Shown: one piece after another, positions 54,118-64,000 of the stretch
Position numbering within the stretch: the stretch's first letter is position 1
Layout of the letters: each line of letters opens with the position of its first letter
From: Eledone cirrhosa
Lineage: Eukaryota
Length of the DNA stretch: 64,000 nt
Reading direction: 5' to 3'
Assembly: GCA_964016885.1 (NCBI GenBank)
Contig: OZ024741.1
Span: 98,146,001-98,210,000, forward strand
Position numbers and translations under genes: made by a program
The notes under the pieces: generated by a model
Databases searched by the model: none
Seen by the model: only the letters and a program-made list of their open reading frames with translations
What the model was told of the DNA's origin: nothing

Positions 54118-56812
54118 ATATCTATAATTTGTAATAAACGAAGCCAAATTTTACATATTTGACTTAATTATTATGTATATATATATAAATATATATATAT
54201 ATTAATAAACACATTCATGCGTACATCTCCATACAAATTAATGAATTTTTTTTAGAATTAAAACATTGTGAACTGTCTATATATGTAGTTGTATGCCCAT
54301 GGTATTAATTAAAATATAACATGAATTCATTCATTAATAGACATGTTTTTTGATATTTCAATTAATATTAGAAAAAAATAAACTCTCTGAATGTCTTCGT
54401 TCGCGTTAGTAAATTGAATTTTTATATTTGCATTTCCATAATATTTAAATATTAGGATGTCCATAATAGAAAAGACAGCAAACTGTTGTCTCATTCTAGT
54501 TTAATTGGTTAACCGTTTTTTTCTTGTTAAGTTCCTGAATGGCGGAGGAGAGCTTTTGTTAATAAGGCTATAAGATTTCGAATTTTTAACTTTATCTTGA
54601 GAGATGAAAAAATATCTTGATATATAAATATTTATGGTGCAGTTTTTATCGAGTCTCGTATATGTGTGTATTTGAATGACTTAGAGAACAAATGGGAGTG
54701 TTCCTGTCTCTTTTCAGGATATTCAAGATGAGTAGGGGTAAGACCACTCATAAAAATATAGAATATGACCTACCATGCACATTCGATCATTGTATATTTT
54801 CTTATCATACGATAGATGCTTTCAGTCGGGTATTTTGAATGTCTTGCCTTTGTTTTTTACCTGCATTGTTTCTACTTAACCGTAATGCTCCACATTTATA
54901 ACAACATATTTTAACATGTTTTTCGCAAATCTAAATCCAGCCTTTAACTATCCATGATTTTCTATTGTTCCCTTTGAGCAATTGATCAACGGCTATTCAA
55001 ATCAACATTCCTATTATATTTTAACTGGTTGGATGTTCACTACCTCAGTTCTGACCAACCTTTTTCCTTGTACATGACATCTAAGCTCACCAAGTCTTTA
55101 CCGGCAATTAATTCCCTTGCAGATATTCGGCAGCTGTACAGGCAAACAATCGTACTTTAGTGAGCGAGTTGCATTGTATCTATTACTGGGAGCTTATTTC
55201 CACGGATAATTCTCTAATCCAGCTGTCTCACCATTATATACTGATAGGTACCAAATGCTAAAACCACATCCTGTACCCCAACAAAGCAACCGATTCCAAA
55301 GTGCCCATTTTATTAGATTTAAACAGTTAACTCAAAAGCTAGTTCGTACCCTCATCAGATTTTTACAAGAAATGAACTGAAATCATGAGCCTTCTTTCAA
55401 TTAAGCCATAAAAATCTAGTTTACTTCTTAGTCAGAAAGAAACATGAGCTACGCATATAAAAACATATTTCCGGCATTCTCCTTACGCAAGAACAACACT
55501 CAGTTTAAACTCGTAAACTTACTATAGATACCATACCTTAAATTTCTGATGGAAACCTGCCATTTCGCTTAAATTCTAAAAATATAACAGGTTTAAATTG
55601 TGTACAGATATCCAAGTATTACATTCAATAGATTATTGCTCACTTATGTGGGAGGGTAATGCTGTTATAAATACAATTATCAAAGATTAAATTCAAAATA
55701 AGGTTATTTGTCTGATTGTTAGTGACTCACTCCTTAACACATTACGGTATAAATCGATTATTGCTTCTCCGGGTTCCTCTTCTCTGAAATAGCCTGTTTT
55801 ATAATTCTCCTCCAGCCCCAAACAATTGATGCAACTGTCTCTTATCTGGTCATTCTAACAGTTCTTCTCCTTTAGACACCACACTAAATGTAATCCCAAC
55901 CATTCCTTCCCAAAGGCGCGATTTACTGGAATTTCGTCACCAACCTGTTGTTCCTTCAGTCATTTTTTTAACATATAGGAATTTAGATTGATCATCAACA
56001 CAACAATCTCAATAGTCCGACAGTGTCTACAATTGTCATGGGTGTTGGCGCTCTTACTTTGACTAATTAATTAAGAAGAGATGCCTGACAGAGTGAAGTA
56101 TTTGAGAGATATAGAAAGAAAAGCGGGAGAGAGGAAAGTATTGTGAGAAACACCAAAATTGGATATATAGAGAATTAGAGTTGTAAATGTTAACCAACAA
56201 TCAGATCTAATCGAACATATTTCTGATCAAAGGCATTCCAACCATAGCCATCTTGTCCTGATCTATTGTAGACGGCAAGGTGACTCTTGAAAATTATTCA
56301 GTTTTTCATAGCAAGTCAAGCGTTTTCGTAGAGGCTCTTCGTTCTCGGTATAGAGAGAAATAAAAATGGAGCTACAGACAAGATTTCCATGAATTTTAGA
56401 AGTGAAAAAATGAGAGGAAACTGACAAACAAAGATAGAAAGGAAATTTCTATAGTTCTATATTTTTTCTATAGTATATTAAACAAAATAAAACACGAAAG
56501 TTAGATAATAAGGACAGTAAAGTAGATAAGGATGAAGGTAGGTAGGCATTAGGTAGGTTGGTGGATATATAAAGGCAGTTAAGTAGGTATGTCGGTAGAT
56601 AGGTAAGTATGTATCCAGATAGTTTGTTGAGCGGATAAGTAAATACGCGGATAGGTAGATAGATAGGAGCGAAATCTGATTTCACTATCCATTCTCACGA
56701 AATAAATTACATAGATCGATAGATATTGAGAAAGGAAGACATAATATTAGATGAAAGAATCGCATATACATAAGTGGAAACAAAAGCATAGATAGATGAA
56801 CTCAAATGTATG

Positions 56813-56877
<65 letters not shown>

Positions 56878-56880
<3 letters not shown>

Positions 56881-57071
56881 AAAACGTTTAACTCCGACGG
56901 TAGAGCTCCAGCCGTTTCACCGGCTATTTCTGGGCTTCAGAAATAGCCGTTGAGACGGCTTGAGCTCTACCTTCGGAGTTAAACTTTTTCCTATTACCCA
57001 CGCTACTACCCTAAGTATTGAGTACTCTGGTGCGTTATGGTCCATCTGGCTCCTTACCATACCTCATTCGT

Positions 57072-57075
<4 letters not shown>
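56878..57075 (+). mobile_element. PLE pLTR copy with fold-back arm of about 55 bp, inside (TA)n
   Basis: aggaaaac...ggctatttctg-ggctt-cagaaatagcc...tttttcct, then the pLTR body as at 22975-23060. Confidence 0.85.
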
Positions 57076-57131
<56 letters not shown>

Positions 57132-57254
57132 GGTAAATATTGATGAAATTCAATTCAAGCACTCAACGTACTTTTTCCACATAGGAGTGACGGAGTAAAT
57201 ATCGAATAAGGAAAAGCGAAGTAGTTTCAGATGTTCAAGTCCTTTAATAATAAT

Positions 57255-57328
57255 GCTGTGATATATATTTCAGTGACGACACTGGCCACACTGTTCTGTG
57301 TGCGAGTGTCGTGTCATCCTCAGACAGC
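57255..57328 (-). ncRNA. Type I hammerhead (CUGAGGA core), left arm
   Basis: Minus strand: gctgt-CTGAGGA-tgacacgacact...agtgtcgtcact-GAAA-tatata-TC-acagc. Confidence 0.8.
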
Positions 57329-57429
57329 TTGTTACATAATAAGGTTATGTTTCCGAGGCAATCCAAATTGGATCGACAAGGGAACGGATGAATGGATTGC
57401 CTCGGAAACATAACCTTATTATGTAACAA

Positions 57430-57503
57430 GCTGTCTGATGATGACACGACACTCGCACACAGAACAGTGTGGCCAGTGTCGTCACTGAAATATATATCAC
57501 AGC
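57430..57503 (+). ncRNA. Type I hammerhead (CUGAUGA core), right arm
   Basis: gctgt-CTGATGA-tgacacgacact...agtgtcgtcact-GAAA-tatata-TC-acagc. Confidence 0.82.
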
Positions 57504-57550
57504 ATTATTATTAAAGGACTTGAACATCTGAAACTACTTCGCTTCTCCTT

Positions 57551-57649
<99 letters not shown>

Positions 57650-57714
57650 GACAAAATTTGTTTTTGCTCTAACATCGTGGATGCGTAAATGTATTCGTGA
57701 GTGAATAATAATAA

Positions 57715-57900
57715 TTGTTTCTACTTTAGGCACAATGCCAGGAATTTGAAGGGGAGGAGGAAGTCGATTAAATCGACCCCAGTGCATTAGAGGTGCTTTA
57801 TTTTAATGACACCGTAGAGATGAAAGGCAAAGCTGCCCTCGGCGGTATTTGAAATCAGAATGTAAAGGGCGGTAACTTTATGCCGTGTAGTATGGTGCCG
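57715..57900 (-). mobile_element. tRNA-derived SINE (long form)
   Basis: tttctactttaggcacaa...gatgaaaggcaaagc.gccctcggcggtatttgaa.tcagaa. Confidence 0.8.
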
Positions 57901-58019
57901 AATAATAATAATGAAGGAGATGCCCGTGTAACTATCTAATGACGCACAGATTTTTTTAGGTTTAGTGATGATTTTAAAATGTAGGTGGAGGTTAATGTCT
58001 ACGAAATATGTTAACTATA

Positions 58020-58230
58020 TCATATCAGGAAAGTTTTAGACATTTTATGCGTATAACTATTAAATGTATATCTATTAAATATCCTGGTGTATCTATGTGA
58101 TTTGGGGAAACATTTATCTAGTGCATTGAAGAAAAGTCGAGCGATGTTGGTTTGTAGCCCAGAAAAGTTGGCTGGGTTATACCATAGGACAGAACATGAT
58201 CGGGTGTTGTTCATCTGAGGCCTGGTTTGA
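58020..58230 (-). pseudogene. PLE post-RT fragment
   Basis: VLWYNPANF...TNIARLFFNALDKCFPKSHRYTRIFNRYT is homologous to ICWYNPPY...[29 protein letters not shown] in the 27-28 kb PLE. Confidence 0.75.
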
Positions 58231-58890
58231 TTGGATTAACGATAGTTTGTGGGGGTTTCCCTCAGATGTCTGCTACGGGATACAAAAATGAGAGAGCGGA
58301 AGCAAGGAAGAGATACACAGGAAGAATGGACACCAGTACTTGACTGGTATTATATAGAAATAGTGTGCGTGTATAGAGAAAATGGAAGGGAAAGAGGTAG
58401 GAGCAAAATCAAAAGCGAGAGCAAAGGGAAAACAGAGAGAGAAAGAAAAAGAAATGTAGATACCATTAACGGCGAAACTGGAAACAATGAAATAAAAAGA
58501 ACTGATGGAGATCCATAAAGAAACAAATAATATGTTAGGAAATTTCAAACTTCAAGCACAAAAAGAAACAAAAACACGTAAGGGTGCACAAATGGGAACT
58601 GAATATATCCATCAACAAGATTAAAGGGCCACCTATCCTGTCGAAAATGCAGACAGCCAGTCTTTGATATATAAAACAGATTGTCTCGGGTTGGGGTTCA
58701 CGAATTGTGTTTAAACAAAGGCATGTTTTCTAGTTGAGAGGCACGTAAGAATGGATTTCGCTGCTAGGGGATTTGGGTAGGAAACATGTCTGTAAATATG
58801 CTTGAATAAATGGCGATTAGTCATACCAAGCTCTTTTGTGTTTCACATTTCTACAATAATAAGAATAAACAAATATGTATACATGCATAC

Positions 58891-58943
<53 letters not shown>

Positions 58944-59209
58944 TATATATACATATATATACATATATATATTTATATGGGTGGGAGGTGAGAGAGAGCG
59001 TATGAGTGAATATTCAAATATATATCGATAGATAGATATTTGTGTGTGCGTGTATGCCCATAGATGCAAACGTATACATGTGGTTTATGCCTATGTGATT
59101 ATTTTCAGAAACACACTCACATATAGCATTTGTATATCAGTATGTAAGAATGCAAGGTGTGCATATATGTGTGTATCTACTCACACACACGCATATATAT
59201 ATATATGTG

Positions 59210-60050
<841 letters not shown>

Positions 60051-60377
60051 AAGAAAGAGATAATGAGAGATGGGGTTTAGCTGGCTTGTGCTTTGAGTAT
60101 TCATATCATATTGTCTCATGTACATTACGCGTGTATCTAGATATATTACCTAACACATGGAGCTTATCATTGTTAATATGACCACTCCTAGAGGTCATCT
60201 AAGACTTTATGCAGTGTTGAAATATAAACACGAGTTACATATATCTCTGTTATCCTATATCTTCTCATCACACGGTTCTTCTCTCTCCTATGGCGTATCT
60301 CTCATCCCACATTTTCTCGCGAACACATCCCCATGCATTCAAACACATACAAACACACCACACACTCACACACGCAC

Positions 60378-60473
<96 letters not shown>

Positions 60474-60559
60474 CATTTATTGTATATATATATATATATA
60501 TATATATACAATAAATGTAATCTGAGTTTTTCGAATATTCGTATATTAATAATAATTAT

Positions 60560-60735
60560 TTGTACTTTTGGCACAAGGCCAGCAATTACCCCAGTGCGTT
60601 ACTGGTACTCTATTTTATCGACCACGTAATGATGAAAGGCAAAGTTAACCTCGGCGGCATTTGAACTCAGACCGTAAAGGGCCGTAAATCTATGCTGCAA
60701 AACATGGTGTAAGACTCTCTACTGATACTGCCAAT
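60560..60735 (-). mobile_element. tRNA-derived SINE, full length
   Basis: tacttttggcacaaggccagcaattacc...aacctcggcggcatttgaactcag...gatactgccaat. Confidence 0.85.
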
Positions 60736-60841
60736 AATATTTGATTCATTTGCAATTATGCAAACAAGCCACATTTTTAAAGCCATGTCAGTAGAATGAG
60801 CCACTCATTCTTGCTCTTGTGTTGGCATGTAAACACACACA

Positions 60842-60975
<134 letters not shown>

Positions 60976-61858
60976 TATATATGCAAAAGTTTTATTTAAA
61001 ATTGTTGGGCTACAACAAGTAAATATTTTATAACTGATATAAAGCACTCGACAAATTTTGGGAGTAGATATACGATATTAAACAAATGGAAACTAAATAA
61101 ATATGGTTTTATAAATATAGTTTCCATTTGTTTAATATCGTATATACATATATATATATATTGATGCAACGGATATGAACTTCCCGATATAAGATTTGAC
61201 TCTCTTTGTTTATTTTTATATATGAATATTGATTGTTTCTTGTATCTCATTCTGTTATTTTGCCCGAGAAAATATCTGTGTGTCATCAAACGATGTACAC
61301 ATGGATATTTTTTCAAATTCCAATTGAGTTCTAGCACGTGGCTTGAATTCCTTTTAGAATTCATTGTCCTGCGAATGTATTGTTTTTTTGGCGGTAGTTC
61401 TCCTTCCTCTTTTTTTGAGACAGTATGAGAATTTCTTTAGAACTACTGGGCTAGCAACCTAGCAGCTACCTCAAGCACTGATGGTGATTATCGCTAAATA
61501 TTGATGTTGATTTGATTATCAATATTAATATTCTTGGGCACCCACTGAAGAATTATAAGAGCCCACTTGAATAAGTATCTGTTGATCTTATACAAGCTTC
61601 TACATAAATTTGTATAATATCACCCAACTTATAGGAATCTTATAATGAATTAAGACGTCCGTCTGGGAAGAGATATATTTGATATATCTCATATGAAATA
61701 ATACAACCAATTTTCCACACAATACAATTAGTTAGCACCCCAAACGTTTAATTAGGAATATACTCCCTTATTTCCTAATGTTTGTTGAGTGAGTTGGGAT
61801 TTGGCCGGAGTATCGCTATTAGCTTTCTCCGATAATGTATTTATATATATATATACAT

Positions 61859-61916
<58 letters not shown>

Positions 61917-62028
61917 TTTTTGTCTGTAACTTTTAGTCACTGCTAGTTTGCCAGTTTGAGCACTTAATGGGTCACGGAATAGGCCACGGAAGATGGGAGG
62001 GGGATTGCGAGAGCGTGATAGGCTCTAT

Positions 62029-62238
62029 GCTTAGTGCGGGGTCTTTCGGCTGCATCCCGTGGACAAAACTGCAAAGGCATTTCTGCGGATAATGGCCTGC
62101 GACAGCGACCCCAACTCGCTTGCTCCTTCCTCAGACAGGCTGCTGACGTTCCGATTTTATGGAAGAGGTCAGCAGTACAGGGTCTAATGCCTTTGCAGTT
62201 TTGTCCACGGGATGCAGCCGAAAGACCCCGCACTAAGC
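62029..62238. repeat. GC-rich perfect 53-bp inverted repeat with a 104-nt structured spacer
   Basis: 62029-62081 is the exact reverse complement of 62186-62238. Confidence 0.95.
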
Positions 62239-62348
62239 CGGTGCGAGGAGGAAACGGCCAGCCAAGCCCCTGTATTTTCTTGTCTCCTTTTCCTATACGT
62301 GGTGATGGATACCAGTATATATATATGTATATATATATATATGTATAC

Positions 62349-62543
62349 CGGAGGAATTGTGGTAAGGAACCAGATGGACCATAACGCACCAGAGTACTCA
62401 ATACTTAGGGTAGTAGTGGGTAATAGGAAAAGGTATGACCCGACGGCAGAGCTCAAACCGTTTCGACGGCTATTTCTGGACTCAGTGTCCAGAAATAGCC
62501 ATCGAAATGTCTTGAGCTCTGCCGTCGGGGTCATACCTTTTCT
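62349..62543 (-). mobile_element. PLE pLTR copy with fold-back arm of about 55 bp
   Basis: ...ggctatttctgga-ctcagtg-tccagaaatagcc...; same family as 22538 and 56878. Confidence 0.85.
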
Positions 62544-62988
62544 TATATATATATCATTATCTATAAAAGGCAGCTTTTTGTGTCTGTATGTATGTTTCAA
62601 TTTTATACATTTACACAATTCCTAAAATATTGAATGAATAATTAAGCAGAATGTTTACAAATATTCTAACTTGGGTCACGGGCGAACTTATTGGTTTAAA
62701 AAAGGCCACAATTACGTAAAAATCGATTTATTTCAACAATCGATGATTTCTCCTCTCTCATATGATATACGTTTCCTATATCTACTCCCTTCATCACCTC
62801 CCCTTAAAATTGCTACCTTCTCTTATAAGTGTTTGTGAAAAAGAGAAACATTGAAAAAAACATATACACACATATATGTGGGTGCATACACACACATATA
62901 TGTTGGTATGGTTACGATTGACGTCATAGAAACAGGAACGCGGGAATTTCAATTAATCAACGCATACACAGTTTGTTTTAGAAATAAC

Positions 62989-63100
62989 TGTTTCTACTTT
63001 AGGCACAAGGCCAGCAATTACCCAGTGCATTACTGGTACTTTATTTTATCGACCCCGTAAGGATGAAAGGCAAAGTCAACCTCGGCAGGATTTGAACTCT
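62989..63100 (-). mobile_element. 5'-truncated SINE with perfect 18-bp target-site duplication
   Basis: gtttgttttagaaataac at 62971-62988 and 63101-63118. Confidence 0.92.
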
Positions 63101-63269
63101 GTTTGTTTTAGAAATAACAATAGCATATTATGATAAAGAGGGATATACTGATAAAGAGGGAAAGAGAAACAAACAGACACACTAAAAGACGGATATATGT
63201 GTGTGTGTTTGTATTAGCGCGTTCAAACTCCATTTCGAAGCTGACATTCATTTACTAAACTGTAAGTTT

Positions 63270-63469
63270 TTCAATCGGCCTTACACTTTCAAGCTATATT
63301 TTTCTGTGTAAGTAACTTTAACCCTTTATTTTCGACATAAAAATACACACATACATACAAAGACCTGTAAAGTTTTTTTGGTGCCTTTCTTATCAATCTT
63401 TTTACGTTCAATTATCAGCCTTATACTTTCAAAGTCAATTTTTATGTTGAAGTAACTTTCAACCTTTAA

Positions 63470-63501
<32 letters not shown>

Positions 63502-63800
63502 CACACATACATACATATACACACATACATACAAATACCTGTCACTTAATTTACACACACATCGGCCTTACACTTTCATACACACATACATACATATACA
63601 CACATACATACAAATACCTGTCACTTAATTTACACACACATCGGCCTTACAATTTCAAACTAAATTTTTCTGTAGAAGTAACTTTAACCCTTTCTTTTCG
63701 ACATAAAAATACACACATACATACAAATACCTGTAAATTTTTAGGGGGGGGGGCCTTTCTTATCAATCTTTTTACATTCAATTATCAGCCTTATACTTTC
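63270..63800. repeat. Internal tandem duplications (units of about 60 and 360 bp)
   Basis: tcggccttacactttca, ttttcgacataaaaatacacacatacatacaa and cctttcttatcaatctttttac each recur. Confidence 0.8.
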
Positions 63801-63803
63801 CAG

Positions 63804-64000
63804 TATGAGCAAAATGTTAATTACTCGATGCGCTCTGACATAAATATAGGCGACATGCGCTTCAATTGCCAATTCTGCAATGCTACAAAGTGGGCTGGGG
63901 AGCCACCTGCAATGTGCTGCTTAAACGGTTAAGTCACCTTGCCCCTCTTATGGAACCGCCAGAGCCTTTGAAGGAACTACTGACTGGTTATACCTCAAGG
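63804..64000 (+). pseudogene. Helitron Rep/helicase N-terminal Zn-binding region, disabled
   Basis: YEQNVNYS..DINIGDMRFNCQFCNATKWAGEPPAMCCLNG*VTLP-(frameshift)-LMEPPEPLKELLTG matches the Helitron IG.M...C..C.A....E....CC..GKV.LP....PP.PL..LL motif. Confidence 0.85.

Larger units (their letters stand above)
57204..57554. repeat. 351-bp near-perfect inverted repeat (162-bp arms, 27-nt spacer)
   Basis: 57204-57365 is the reverse complement of 57393-57554 with about 2 mismatches. Confidence 0.97.

Noticed and set aside
54600-56050. Microsatellite-free stretch that might be a decayed coding region
   Set aside because: No ORF of 60 aa or more and no motif in the part I translated by hand.
62178-62272. 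Twister or type III hammerhead on the plus strand
   Set aside because: gggtct/agaccc pairing and AAGCC motifs are present, but the required core sequences are not in the right order.

Overview
AT-rich eukaryotic DNA saturated with microsatellites ((TA)n, (CA)n, (TACA)n, (GATA)n, (CAT)n, (TAG)n). I cannot support any host protein-coding exon. The repeat landscape resembles a cephalopod (Octopus-like) genome, but that is inference. Most listed ORFs are microsatellite artefacts. The real coding relics are all transposon-derived: Tx1/L1-like LINEs, a near-intact RTE LINE with three C-terminal C2H2 fingers, Penelope-like elements (PLE; RT plus GIY-YIG), an R4-like restriction-endonuclease LINE fragment and a Helitron fragment. 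There are also many copies of a tRNA-derived SINE, RTE-tailed non-autonomous elements and MITEs. The main result is an RNA-level layer. About 15 intact or decayed type I hammerhead ribozyme (HHR) motifs occur, many tied to fold-back palindromes. A 3 x 591-bp tandem array (45958-47748) carries one hammerhead per unit with a non-canonical compensated core (UUGAUAA; U3-A8 instead of C3-G8) and a palindromic stem III. It is a candidate retrozyme-like locus making a 591-nt linear or circular RNA that standard CUGANGA searches would miss. All structures were read by eye; none were computed or tested.
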